A DNA stretch of 64,000 nt from a virus. The DNA lies in IMG/VR virus record IMGVR_UViG_3300045988_162176, positions 64,001 through 128,000 of that record. One strand, given 5' to 3'. The translations under genes and the position numbers were made by a program. A model generated the notes under the pieces. That model worked only from the letters and a program-made list of their open reading frames with translations. It had not been told where the DNA came from and made no database searches. Each line of letters starts with the position of its first letter. The first letter of the stretch is position 1. Positions 24,834-34,617 of the stretch are shown piece by piece.

Positions 24834-24972
24834 ATATAATATTGGTTTTTACGTTAAATACCAGAGGACTTTCGTATTTTACCAACAAACCTCACGTTAC
24901 TTGACTTATTTATAGACGTTGAGTAATTACGTCTCAACAATACATTTATTAAGATAAGAAAGGAAAATTATC

Positions 24973-25419
24973 TTAGCCTACTGCTTCTTCAGTTACAGTA
25001 TCTTCATCAGGGATAACATTACCAGTGTTATCAATCTTGTCATTCGAAGGAACAGGATTGGTGTTTTGAAGCTGGCTCTCCTTCAATTTTTCATCATGAA
25101 GTTCACGATTCACCTCATAAACAGCGGCTTCAATAGCCTTACGAACTTCATCTGCATCAAGAGTGATACCAAGAGCTTCCATCTGCTGATTAAAATACTT
25201 TGTTGCTTCCTGCAAGCGCTTTTCAATTTCCCGTGGGAACATCTGCTCAACAGCCTTAACTGCAATCAAAGCATACTTATGAATAAGTTCTGCTTGAGTA
25301 AGAGCATGATTAACATCGTCCAACTTACCCTTCTTCTTAAGATAAGGAATAAGGACAACTGTAAAAATCAAAGAGCACAAACCAATTACAGCAACTACGA
25401 TAGGGGTAATATCAGTCAT
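24973..25419 (-). CDS. Putative holin-like membrane protein
   Basis: Single N-terminal TM helix then a charged helical tail; resembles LL-H-type holins by recollection only. Confidence 0.4.
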   Translation of the reverse strand: MTDITPIVVAVIGLCSLIFTVVLIPYLKKKGKLDDVNHALTQAELIHKYALIAVKAVEQMFPREIEKRLQEATKYFNQQMEALGITLDADEVRKAIEAAVYEVNRELHDEKLKESQLQNTNPVPSNDKIDNTGNVIPDEDTVTEEAVG

Positions 25420-25446
25420 TTTTCGTACTTCCTTTTTACATTTTGA

Positions 25447-25475
25447 ATTATAGCATCTAACAAACGCTTTGTCAA
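25447..25475 (-). promoter_or_regulatory. Sigma70-type promoter
   Basis: TTGACA (25470-25475) - 17 nt - TATAAT (25447-25452). Confidence 0.7.
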
Positions 25476-25497
25476 GTGTTTATTAAATAAAATTTGA

Positions 25498-25631
25498 TGG
25501 AGCAAGATACGAGATTCGAACTCGCCCTTACGGTTTTGGTCCTTTAAGTAAGACTTGAACTTACATCAATGGTTTTTCATTAAACTATTAAAGGGGAAGA
25601 CCGTCGTGCTAACCACTAACACTAATCCTGC
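25498..25631 (-). tRNA. tRNA-Gly-like (anticodon TCC) interrupted by a 58-nt insert between positions 36 and 37
   Basis: Acceptor GCAGGAT/ATCTTGC+T+CCA, D arm GTGT/GCAC, perfect stem ACGGT/ACCGT, T arm GCGAG-TTCGAAT-CTCGT. Loop CTTCC[58 nt]AA becomes CTTCCAA after excision. Confidence 0.7.
25537..25594 (-). ncRNA. tRNA-like insert lacking an anticodon arm (homolog of 17995-18053)
   Basis: CCTTTAA-TA-GTTT-AATGAA-AAAC-CATTGAT-GTAAG-TTCAAGT-CTTAC-TTAAAGG-A-CCA. Confidence 0.65.
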
Positions 25632-25781
25632 ATATATGATGCCACTCACGCATGAATGGCATCAAACCCCACGCTCCGTAGAGACCTCATGCTAGCCTGA
25701 TAGGTTTCCTACTAAGATACCAGTAAAGTAATGAGCTTAACCAGACAAACGTAGACTTAACCAGTGGAGTATCTAGCTTAA

Positions 25782-26252
25782 TTAATATTCAAGAACATCC
25801 CATTCACAATAATAAATATTATGACTCATAAGATAAGAATTAAGAATGTCTTCTTCAGATTGATTTCTAAGTTTCTCAATTTTTTGTTCTAAGTCCTTGA
25901 TATAAAAACTTTTTCTTTCAATCTCTTTTGTATATTTGCGCAACTTTGCCTTTACATCTTTAAGTAAAACATAAAGACGCTTTTGCTGGTCATCAGAAAG
26001 AGTTGCTAACGAATCCAAAGATTCCATTAAATCATTCTTTCTCTGACAATATTCTTTATGCTGTTCAATATAAGGTTGTCGTTCTTTTTTAGCAATTTCT
26101 ACCTTGTCTGTAAGATATTTAATATCTTCACAAAGTTTAACACTTGCTTCAAGAAAATAACTCTGCTTATCTTTAAGCATAGCTTCTTCAGTCATCACTG
26201 CATCGACAGAAGATTCTTCATACCAACCTGTATACTTAAGCCAAACTTTCAT
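25782..26252 (-). CDS. Hypothetical coiled-coil protein
   Basis: ORF track. Confidence 0.6.
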   Translation of the reverse strand: MKVWLKYTGWYEESSVDAVMTEEAMLKDKQSYFLEASVKLCEDIKYLTDKVEIAKKERQPYIEQHKEYCQRKNDLMESLDSLATLSDDQQKRLYVLLKDVKAKLRKYTKEIERKSFYIKDLEQKIEKLRNQSEEDILNSYLMSHNIYYCEWDVLEY

Positions 26253-26254
26253 AA

Positions 26255-26728
26255 TTACTTTTTCACCGAAGTCACGCCATTAAAATCATACAAACGTACA
26301 ATATGGCTTAGTCCTAAAGTGTCAGAAATATCAGCACTAATGATAGACCAATCTCCACCAGCAAGACCACACCCAATCATATAAGGCATAGCAATCTCTT
26401 CTCCAATAGGAATCATTTCACGAATCTTAAGAAGACATTCATGAAAATATTCATAGTTGGTGTTTACATTTGGTCCACCAATGCCAATCTGAGAAAACAT
26501 ATTAAGAAAAACTTTATCTTTGTTTTCCTCAATTCGAAGAACTTTACCATAAAGCTCTTCAGGAGTATGATAACTACAAAACTTATTATACTCCAAATAA
26601 ACATGAGGATAATTCTTCTTAATTTGAAGAGCAACACCAGCGCCCATTACACCAAAGGTATTAGCCTGATGACAAATATACTTTGCCGAAGTCTTAAGGA
26701 CATCGCCTTGAATAATAGACACTGACAT
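26255..26728 (-). CDS. Macro-domain protein (ADP-ribose binding/hydrolase)
   Basis: IIQGDVL...ICHQANTFGVMGAGVALQI...GCGLAGG, the typical macro-domain pattern. Confidence 0.75.
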   Translation of the reverse strand: MSVSIIQGDVLKTSAKYICHQANTFGVMGAGVALQIKKNYPHVYLEYNKFCSYHTPEELYGKVLRIEENKDKVFLNMFSQIGIGGPNVNTNYEYFHECLLKIREMIPIGEEIAMPYMIGCGLAGGDWSIISADISDTLGLSHIVRLYDFNGVTSVKK

Positions 26729-26739
26729 AACCTTCTCCT

Positions 26740-27060
26740 TTATTCTTTATCTGTTTCTTGCAAATTTTCTTGCAACTTCTTATAATACATATGATAAGAA
26801 TCAAAGTATTTAAGAAGAAATTCTTTATAAACTTTAGCGACATAATTAGCAGAACCCACAGGAAAATCAAGACCCAAATCTTCTGCAATAATATCTACAG
26901 CTTTTCTCAAAGGCTCAGGAGGGATATTATTCAGTTTAAACTTTTTAGTTTCTGAATCATTATCACACCAAGCTTTGCCATTTACAACCGTTAAAAACCT
27001 AATTGAAGGATTCTTAGAGAGTTCCAACTTGTGTTCCTCACTTCTCTTATAGGGTAACAC
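26740..27060 (-). CDS. Hypothetical protein
   Basis: ORF track (non-ATG start). Confidence 0.45.
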   Translation of the reverse strand: MLPYKRSEEHKLELSKNPSIRFLTVVNGKAWCDNDSETKKFKLNNIPPEPLRKAVDIIAEDLGLDFPVGSANYVAKVYKEFLLKYFDSYHMYYKKLQENLQETDKE

Positions 27061-27109
27061 AGATGTTTAAATCTGTCAAGTATTTAATAAAAGAAATTTT
27101 TTATTTCTC

Positions 27110-27346
27110 CTACTTTTTATTATCATCAAATTTGCCAGAATGGATAGCTTTTCTACTGACAAACTTTGCCGCAGAAAATATAAATACAAACAAGGGAAAG
27201 AAAAATACACCTAAAGATTCAAATGACTCAGAAAAATCCCAATAGTCTTCATCTTCTTCTGCAATGCACTTCATTACACGAGCAAAGAAAATCCACAGAA
27301 TATGATTAAGAATTATAAGAATTGTAATAATCAACCACTTAGGCAT
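27110..27346 (-). CDS. Hypothetical membrane protein
   Basis: ORF track. Ends at a TAG; read-through adds 3 codons before TAA. Confidence 0.5.
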   Translation of the reverse strand: MPKWLIITILIILNHILWIFFARVMKCIAEEDEDYWDFSESFESLGVFFFPLFVFIFSAAKFVSRKAIHSGKFDDNKK

Positions 27347-27359
27347 ATTAATTCCTTTC

Positions 27360-27435
27360 TGGCACGCCTACCGAGACTCGAACTCAGAACTAATCTTTAG
27401 GAGAGATTTGTTTTATCCAGTTAGACTATAGACGT
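27360..27435 (-). tRNA. tRNA-Arg (anticodon CCT)
   Basis: Stem AATCT/AGATT, loop CTCCTAA, T arm CTGAG-TTCGAGT-CTCGG, CCA encoded. Confidence 0.85.
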
Positions 27436-27440
27436 ATACC

Positions 27441-27875
27441 TTATTTTTTCTTTTTGGGTACAGCTTCAGCTACAAAAAGAACAGGATTCTCATTTTCATC
27501 ATATGTAACTATGGCTTCCATTTCAGCCTTTACATTAAAAGAAGCTGTTTTTAAATATCTACCACAAAAACTTCCATGAAGATTAGAAAGATTCTCATAG
27601 TTATAATCCAAATTGTTTTGAACACTAATCCCCATTGTTGCTAATGTGATAAATACATCATATTTTTCTTTAGGTTTTTCTATAAAACCAGTATACCCAT
27701 CACATTTATACCTAACATAAATAGGCAAATTATCTTTCATATTTAAGTCAACAAAACTTAAATCATAAAATTTTGTGTGGCAATATGGACATTCATAATT
27801 AGAATTAGCTGAATACTTTTGATGACAACAAGGACAAGTAACCTAATTACGATATCTAAAACTCTTCTTAGACAT
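27441..27875 (-). CDS. Hypothetical protein with N-terminal zinc ribbon (TAG at 27843-27845)
   Basis: The ORF-track 27441-27740 ORF extends through TAG to ATG 27875 (..TCPCCHQ...CPYCHT..). Confidence 0.5.
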
Positions 27876-27883
27876 AATTTACC

Positions 27884-28246
27884 TCATACTGTAAAACAAG
27901 ACACGGGAATTTTTGTAGAATTCTTTTCTTCCATAACATAAAAAGAAACATTTGAAAGCTTAATATTATTCCACTCTTCTTTAGTTTTAGAAGAATACTT
28001 GGGCCAAAAAAGCCCTTCAAATGTTACAAAATTGTTTTCAGGGTCAACATAAAGAGTCCTTACAAACCCAACAACCCTATCTGCAACAGTTTTCTCTTCA
28101 TAAACTACTTCTTCACAAATAGGAGTCCTAAAGCAATCTTTAAGACCTTCCCACATTGCATCTGTAAGCCAATCCCCCAACTCATCTCTCTTTAGAGTAA
28201 ACTCTTGAGTTAGAAACTTTTCATCAGGAGAGTAATTTTCAGCCAT
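27884..28246 (-). CDS. Hypothetical protein
   Basis: ORF track. Confidence 0.6.
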   Translation of the reverse strand: MAENYSPDEKFLTQEFTLKRDELGDWLTDAMWEGLKDCFRTPICEEVVYEEKTVADRVVGFVRTLYVDPENNFVTFEGLFWPKYSSKTKEEWNNIKLSNVSFYVMEEKNSTKIPVSCFTV

Positions 28247-28550
28247 TGTTCATTTCCTCAAAAGGAGTAGTATCCTTAGTGGGAGTACCAATAACACTGA
28301 GAACAGGAGTAAGATTGCCTTCAACATCAGAACAATAATAAAGCCAACCATTCATATCAGAAACGATATGATAAACACGATTCTGCTCATTCTTCACCAT
28401 GTAGCCAGTATCAGTAAAACCAACAGGAACACTATCCACATCAGCCCCGATACTATTCTTGCTATTGTTACAACCAGACAGTGCCAAAATTGCAACAAAA
28501 GCCACAATAACAAGAAGACCAGCAACAAACTTATTCCAACTCTTCTGCAT
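28239..28550 (-). CDS. Putative lipoprotein
   Basis: Signal peptide ending in the lipobox-like ALSGC. Confidence 0.6.
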   Translation of the reverse strand: MQKSWNKFVAGLLVIVAFVAILALSGCNNSKNSIGADVDSVPVGFTDTGYMVKNEQNRVYHIVSDMNGWLYYCSDVEGNLTPVLSVIGTPTKDTTPFEEMNNG

Positions 28551-28586
28551 AATTAATTCCTCACTTTTAAATAGATTTTTATTCTT

Positions 28587-28662
28587 TGGTCTGAGTGGCG
28601 AGGCTCAAACTCACGACCTCATGGTCCCAAACCACGCGCTCTATCAACTGAGCTACACCCAG
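28587..28662 (-). tRNA. tRNA-Pro (anticodon TGG)
   Basis: Acceptor CTGGGTG/CACTCAG, stem CGTGG/CCATG, loop TTTGGGA, CCA encoded. Confidence 0.8.
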
Positions 28663-28796
28663 AAATGTGTGGGCGAGTTATAAATCAATTCATAGTACAG
28701 GTACTACTATTTTCTAACTTCCCTCGCCTCAAGTTTGTTCAAACAATCTATTTTCTAAAAAATTAAAAAATTTTTTGTTTGCTAATAATATAAAAA

Positions 28797-29561
28797 TTAT
28801 CTTTTGATTTTGTTTACAATTTCATTTAGGAATTTTGCTGGGGAAGAATTTTCTTCAAGATAATTGCTTCCATTAATAAAACTATCAAAAGACTCGTCAA
28901 AAGCTACTTCTATCGACTTTTTTTTATTGTCAATTAAATCATCAAATTTTTGATATGCCAAACCAAAATTATATCCCCAATTATAAGACCTTATGCGATT
29001 ATTGTTTAAACTCGTTGATGCTAAAGCTCCAAATTCACAAGCTAATCCAAAAAGCACGGCAGTTTTCCTACTATTTACTTCTGCTATATCAAAAGTCTTA
29101 AAAGTTTCTAGATACTGACCAGAAGCCATTAATTGAATAGTATTAGAAAGTGTTTGTACAGCCTCAATTTTATTGCCTAAAGGAAGATAACATTCAGTTA
29201 AATTTTTAAAAGCGGCAGCAATTAAACCCCCTCCAGCCAAAATTGCCGCAGCCTCACCAAATTTTTTGTGAGTTGTTTCTCTATCACGACGATAATTATC
29301 ATTATCCATACAAGGTAAATCATCATAAATCAAGCTCATATTGTGAATATATTCTATAGCCATTGCATAAGAAATTGCATCCTGTGCATTTCCTCCATAA
29401 AATTCACACCATGCAAGCGTCATATATGGTCTAAGACGTTTACCTTCTTGTAACGCATAATTCTCTACAGGCCCAAGATAATCTTCAAATTTATTTTCTT
29501 GTAAATAGTCTTCAATTATTTTCTCGTATTTTTTTTGCAAATCCATGTTATTTTCTCTCAA
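28797..29561 (-). CDS. Polyprenyl (isoprenyl) diphosphate synthase-like protein
   Basis: First Asp-rich motif LIYDDLPCMDNDNYRR and second KFDDLID. Confidence 0.7.
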   Translation of the reverse strand: MRENNMDLQKKYEKIIEDYLQENKFEDYLGPVENYALQEGKRLRPYMTLAWCEFYGGNAQDAISYAMAIEYIHNMSLIYDDLPCMDNDNYRRDRETTHKKFGEAAAILAGGGLIAAAFKNLTECYLPLGNKIEAVQTLSNTIQLMASGQYLETFKTFDIAEVNSRKTAVLFGLACEFGALASTSLNNNRIRSYNWGYNFGLAYQKFDDLIDNKKKSIEVAFDESFDSFINGSNYLEENSSPAKFLNEIVNKIKR

Positions 29562-29601
29562 TTCAATTTGTTTAATTCAAAGTCTATTTTGTAAAAATGA
29601 A

Positions 29602-29688
29602 TGGTACTGGTGAAGGGAATCGAACCCTCACGATATAAATATCAACAGATTTTAAGTCTGCACTGTCTACCAGTTCCAGCACACCAGC
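29602..29688 (-). tRNA. tRNA-Leu (anticodon TAA)
   Basis: Type II: stem GCAGA/TCTGT, loop CTTAAAA, variable arm TGATATTTATATCG, CCA encoded. Confidence 0.85.
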
Positions 29689-29716
29689 ATATTTTCTTTT
29701 CCCTTTCGATATGATA

Positions 29717-29745
29717 ATCATAACATACAATCATCAAATTGTCAA
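29717..29745 (-). promoter_or_regulatory. Sigma70-type promoter
   Basis: TTGACA (29740-29745) - 17 nt - TATGAT (29717-29722), ~30 nt upstream of tRNA-Leu. Confidence 0.65.
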
Positions 29746-29965
29746 GGCTTTAATAAAACTTTCTTTTTATTTTCTTTAGAGTGTTTATCTTAGATGTGTA
29801 CCCAAAACCGTTAAAATGGTACACTCGCTACCTTTTAATTTTATAGTTGGGAAGGTGTCTTTTGGCAACATATTACGCACCCTGAGTAAGCAAGGCCGTT
29901 GAACCACATTTCTCTATGAGTTATCTTACTTTTCTCACAGCTACCGATTAACCAACTGTATATTT

Positions 29966-29994
29966 ATATTACCACACAAACACTATTTTGTCAA
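29966..29994 (-). promoter_or_regulatory. Sigma70-type promoter
   Basis: TTGACA (29989-29994) - 17 nt - TAATAT (29966-29971); would drive a ~200-nt ORF-free transcript at 29750-29960. Confidence 0.6.
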
Positions 29995-30004
29995 TAGTTT
30001 AATA

Positions 30005-30304
30005 CTAAAATTCTGACTTTTTCAATGTAGGAGTAATATCTAAATTAGAATTTGCACTTGTACGAGTATAAGTAGAACCAGCCCAATCTGACCCCCAGAT
30101 GTCAGCCTTGGTAGTAACATACTTCTTATATTTGCAAGAAAGTTTTACAGAAAGACACTCAGGATAATCTTTAATACTTTTTTTGAGCTCATTAAAAGAT
30201 TCTTCTGCTTTGACCACATCCTCTGTGTATTTACAAATTGCTTCGTTTTCACATCCTGAACAAACACTTGGAATATATTCTCGACCTGTATTAAGTACCA
30301 TCAT
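30005..30304 (-). CDS. Hypothetical Cys-rich protein
   Basis: ORF track. Ends at a TAG; read-through adds 2 codons. Confidence 0.55.
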   Translation of the reverse strand: MMVLNTGREYIPSVCSGCENEAICKYTEDVVKAEESFNELKKSIKDYPECLSVKLSCKYKKYVTTKADIWGSDWAGSTYTRTSANSNLDITPTLKKSEF

Positions 30305-30818
30305 TGTTTTCTTCTCCTTCCTTATAATATTCTTGTAAAATCAAATTATAACATAGCGTATTAGGATGATAATATGGATTATCATAAATCTGACTATCAT
30401 CCCCAGTAAAACATTTCATAATACCAGCACAAACACCAGAAGAACGACTAATGCCAGCATTACAATGAACAATAATTACATCAACCTTATCCCACCACTT
30501 ATTGACAAAATCAATAACTTTTTTAGCATCTTCTTTTGTCATCAGTTGATAAATACGAGACTCATAAACAAAACCATCTGAATTAGTATAGTTTTCTACA
30601 ATTAGACCTTCATCCTTCTTCCAGTACTGCATACCCTTATAGGGCTGAATATCATCAAAGAAAAGAGATAATTGAGCCTTAATATTATTAAATTTATTAG
30701 GAAGTTGACGCACGCCAATCTCGATAGAATCATTAATGCTAATTACAACAGAATTCTCTTCATGAGAACCATAGCTATATTTAACACAATCTCTACGACT
30801 CATAACCTTAAACTGCAT
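30291..30818 (-). CDS. Cys-based (dual-specificity/tyrosine) phosphatase
   Basis: Active-site signature VHCNAGISRSSG (HCx5R[S/T]). Confidence 0.75.
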   Translation of the reverse strand: MQFKVMSRRDCVKYSYGSHEENSVVISINDSIEIGVRQLPNKFNNIKAQLSLFFDDIQPYKGMQYWKKDEGLIVENYTNSDGFVYESRIYQLMTKEDAKKVIDFVNKWWDKVDVIIVHCNAGISRSSGVCAGIMKCFTGDDSQIYDNPYYHPNTLCYNLILQEYYKEGEENNDGT

Positions 30819-30848
30819 CGGAAAAATCTCCTTTCTTATTTATATAAT

Positions 30849-31289
30849 TTAATCTAAACTTATTTTACGTCTATATCTACATTCTCTGACAAACCAATCT
30901 TGCAATTCTTTTACAGTCATTGGTTTTGGGGGTGGTTCTAATTTATATTCTCCATTTTCATCCAAAGGTTGACCAGTATAACAATAAGCTCTAACATAAC
31001 ATTCTGCCGCAGGAACCATATCTTCTGGATTTTTTACATAATGGTCAGCTATAAATCCAACCGCAAATTTTCCAGCAGTAGTATAAGTTTTTACGTGCCT
31101 TGACAGGCAAAGATATTGTCCTCTATCAACTGGCTTATTATTATATTTGTATTCTCCTAAAGCACAACCAACATCCCACAGTTCCATATAATAATCTGTA
31201 TCTGTAGGATAAATCTTTGTGCCTTTTACATTTAGATTGCTAAAATCAATTAACTACTTTGCTCTTGCAATATTTTTAAACAGACTCAT
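30849..31289 (-). CDS. Hypothetical protein (TAG at 31254-31256)
   Basis: The ORF-track 30849-31187 ORF extends through TAG to ATG 31289, which overlaps the end of the Thg1-like gene. Confidence 0.5.
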
Positions 31290-32100
31290 TGGTAAATACC
31301 TTCTGACTAATAAAGTCTTTACCTTCTTCACTTGTTAAAATTGGCATTTCATAATCAAGAATCCACTTATAACGAATAGCCTCCTGACCATCTTTGCCAA
31401 TAACAGTAGTAGGAACACGATATGCACAAGTACCACGTTTCTCTACTGTTGTATAATCGTTCCAGTTTACACCCTTTTCAGTAAACATCTTATCCTGTAA
31501 TTTGGTAGTATTAATACCATGAAGTTCTTTTTGAGAATACAAAGATTGAGCAACTGCCTGAATAGAATTTCGAGTACAATCCTGCTGTCTCCAAACAAAA
31601 TAATTATGCACTTCAAAGGCAGGGACAACAAATACTCTACTATCAAAGGTGGGCATTTCTTTTCCCTTACGAACCATTTTCCAATCGTAAGAATCTTGAT
31701 TCATATTAAAGATATCTAAGGTTGTATCAATAATAGTATTCTCGGCAAAATAATTATTAAACCAAAGAGTACAAAGAGCCGCAGATGTACTAACAATTTT
31801 TTGAATATTATTGTCAAACCATGGCTGAGAATTTCTTTCGCTCTGAATCATGACAAGAGAAATTTCATCTGACTCAACATAACCAAACTTAACATTTGGA
31901 ATAATTTCACAGAGCTTAAGCATAGTCTGTTGCATGGTTTTAACAAAAATAGGGTCAAAAGGTTTCTTCATACCACGGCAGAATGAATGAAAATGAGCTC
32001 CATCCAAACGGATAATTACAGGAAAATTCTCAGGAAGATAATTACGATATCTATTCTCGTAAGCACCCTTCATTCTATCGCTTAAAGTTTTATACTCCAT
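31276..32100 (-). CDS. Thg1-like protein (tRNA-His guanylyltransferase / 3'-5' polymerase family)
   Basis: RLDGAHFHSF, YVESDEISLV, FDSRVFVVP, YFVWRQQDCTRN match the Thg1 family signatures. Confidence 0.8.
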   Translation of the reverse strand: MEYKTLSDRMKGAYENRYRNYLPENFPVIIRLDGAHFHSFCRGMKKPFDPIFVKTMQQTMLKLCEIIPNVKFGYVESDEISLVMIQSERNSQPWFDNNIQKIVSTSAALCTLWFNNYFAENTIIDTTLDIFNMNQDSYDWKMVRKGKEMPTFDSRVFVVPAFEVHNYFVWRQQDCTRNSIQAVAQSLYSQKELHGINTTKLQDKMFTEKGVNWNDYTTVEKRGTCAYRVPTTVIGKDGQEAIRYKWILDYEMPILTSEEGKDFISQKVFTNESV

Positions 32101-32578
32101 TTTCTTTTTCCTTCCTCATTCTAGTAAGGTCTTCAATATATACTGGATAACCATCCTCATCAAAATATGCAAGCTTCTTATAACTCTTTACCCTTTTTTC
32201 ATTCTTTTCTTGATAATCAGCATCAATTGTAATATCGGTCTTGTTATTTTTAGGGCAAAAAATTAATGCTACAGGAAGATTTTCCATTTCTACCTGAATA
32301 TTTTCTACCTTATTCTCATCGACTGTTTCTGCAAAATAAAAAGTACAAGGAATAAGTTCAATATATTCAATCTTGTAGTCTTCATCTAACTGTTTACGAT
32401 AAGCAAAACTTACATTTGCTTCATGGCATTTCTCAATAATTTCTTTTAATTGCTTGTTTGTAAAACAATAATCTCTATATCCCTTTTTAAGAGAACCCAC
32501 AACAGAGTCTACAAGAGAAGGAAAATCAGAAGGAATACCAAAAGTTACACTAGAAACAGTCTGCATTTCACCAATCAT
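32090..32578 (-). CDS. Hypothetical protein
   Basis: ORF track. Confidence 0.6.
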   Translation of the reverse strand: MIGEMQTVSSVTFGIPSDFPSLVDSVVGSLKKGYRDYCFTNKQLKEIIEKCHEANVSFAYRKQLDEDYKIEYIELIPCTFYFAETVDENKVENIQVEMENLPVALIFCPKNNKTDITIDADYQEKNEKRVKSYKKLAYFDEDGYPVYIEDLTRMRKEKENGV

Positions 32579-32583
32579 TTTAC

Positions 32584-33336
32584 TTATCCTCTATTATACA
32601 AATCTTCATCAGGATTGTATCTAAATCCTTGTTGATATTTTTCTTCTGCGTCTTGACGTGCTTTTACAGCTTCTTCAAAAGTATCAAAACGTTTGCTTAA
32701 TTTAGTTTCTTTATTTACAACTAAAGAAGCTTTCCATTTATTTCGCACTTTATCATAACTTACGCCTTTAACACCAGAAGTATTATTGGTATAAATTTTA
32801 CAATGACCAATATTTTGGTAATGTTCTAAAGGTCTTAGGTTTTCTTTTCTGCAATCATAAGGAACGTGGTTTTTATGGTCTACATCTATTTTAGAGTCAG
32901 TAATATCTAAAACAAATCTTTTTAAATGTAAACAATGAGGTTGATTATTTTTATAAACAGTTGCAATAGGATATTTTTCTTTATTATACACCCAAACATA
33001 TTCTTTTATTTTATCATAATCTTCTAAATCAAAATAAAAAGGTTCATTTTTAGAAGTATATCCTATCCCATATTCTCCACTTAAATCATATTTGTTTAAT
33101 TTTCTTCTTTTCTTTCCACTTTCAATAGCAGCTTCTTTTTGTAAACAACCACAAGACCTTGTATTACCAGAAGTTAAACTATGTGTTAAAACATCAAATT
33201 CTGTTTTATTTTCACATTGGCATTGTACATGCCATAAATTAGCACGTTTCCGATTTGGACCATGATACTAATAATCACATTTATACAAAACCTTTAAACG
33301 GCCAAAAACATCTCCAACTTTTACTGGCTCTTTCAT
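32584..33336 (-). CDS. HNH homing endonuclease with AP2 DNA-binding domain (TAG at 33268-33270)
   Basis: VDHKNHVPYDCRKENLR (HNH) and GVKGVSYDKVRNKWKASL (AP2). The N-terminal GRLKVL...WHVQCQCEN part is joined only if TAG is sense. Confidence 0.75.
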
Positions 33337-34584
33337 TCATCTAATCTCCACTAAATATCGAATAGTTACTTGGTCAGGACGATAGAAAATAATTTCTGGA
33401 TTGCGAAGCATTCCCTTTTCAGGAGAAGCGTAAACACAATGGCAAGGAGGATTCTTTTTCTGAAGCACATCAAAATTAAAATGATAACACTCGGAAGTAT
33501 GTTCATAAACAGTATAAGGATTTCCATAAGCCACTTCAAAAATAGCCATGAATCCAGTATTATTACTTCCTCTTGCCCAGTAAGAACCACTTACACTTGT
33601 ATAACCAATACTCTTTCGAGCTAAAGTGCTAAAATACAATCCATCGCTAAACATCGAACCTGTATAGATAGCATTTGCGGGACGAATCTTCAAACCCATT
33701 TTAAGGATATTAAAGAAATTTTGAGACCTGCTACCATGCCACATAAGTTTAGTGTTTGTAATATTATAATCTTTAATAAAAGAATTAAATGCTTTATTAG
33801 TCTCTAAATTATTAACACTCCATGCTTTTACGAATCTATCAGAATCTCGCCCAAGCATATTTTTAATTCTGGCAACTTCATCCTGAGTGACATCTTCCAT
33901 GGTAATACCCATCTTCTGCAAAATGCTTTCAGAAGCTTTAATTTCAGAATCGGTGTCGGCAATTTTTACCTTGGGCTTATAAACTTGACCAGCCATAGTA
34001 TCAAGCAAGCTTTGTTCCTCAGAAAGCTTTTTGTCGTATTCGGAAGAATCAGAAACAAGACAGTCAGAAACGCGCTTCATCTTACGAGGAACAATAATAA
34101 ACAATTCATTCAAATTCTTGTTAAATTCCTCAACAGACCAGTTTTTGTAGTTCGCTGCAATATAGTCAATCTTTTCCTGAGCAGCATCAATCATAGCCTG
34201 AGTAACAGCTTCAGCACGAACTGAATAAGCAGATTGAATAGTCTTATTAGCATAATCCCAAAGACGTTTAACAATCTCTCTAACAGATAAATTTTGAACC
34301 AAACCAAATTCATCTACCCCGTTAGACTTGTCTTCAACTTTAGAATCAGCAATAACTTCCTGCATCAAATCAGAACGGTCAACATACCCCTTCTTCAATT
34401 TAGAAGAAAGAGTAGAATTCCATTTGGACATAGGATAAGTTTTAGTCTGAGGAGCAGCACCAACACGACCATATTCAGCCGTAAAAGTATCATCTCCATT
34501 TGGACTAATTTTGTAATATTTATTATGTCCAAGGTCTCCAAAATTAGGGTCTACAAAGATTAAATATTTGGGAGTATAATCCAT
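33337..34584 (-). CDS. WGR-domain poly(ADP-ribose) polymerase-like ADP-ribosyltransferase
   Basis: N-terminal WGR-like NKYYKI...AEYGRVGA. C-terminal H-Y-E pattern LMWHGSR ... GLYFS ... NPEIIFY. Confidence 0.75.
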   Translation of the reverse strand: MDYTPKYLIFVDPNFGDLGHNKYYKISPNGDDTFTAEYGRVGAAPQTKTYPMSKWNSTLSSKLKKGYVDRSDLMQEVIADSKVEDKSNGVDEFGLVQNLSVREIVKRLWDYANKTIQSAYSVRAEAVTQAMIDAAQEKIDYIAANYKNWSVEEFNKNLNELFIIVPRKMKRVSDCLVSDSSEYDKKLSEEQSLLDTMAGQVYKPKVKIADTDSEIKASESILQKMGITMEDVTQDEVARIKNMLGRDSDRFVKAWSVNNLETNKAFNSFIKDYNITNTKLMWHGSRSQNFFNILKMGLKIRPANAIYTGSMFSDGLYFSTLARKSIGYTSVSGSYWARGSNNTGFMAIFEVAYGNPYTVYEHTSECYHFNFDVLQKKNPPCHCVYASPEKGMLRNPEIIFYRPDQVTIRYLVEIR

Positions 34585-34617
34585 AATTCCATCTCCTATA
34601 AGTAAATCTCTATGATT

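Noticed and set aside
27074-27079. TTGACA box upstream of 26740-27060
   Set aside because: No acceptable -10 element at 16-18 nt spacing, and it is too close to the start codon.
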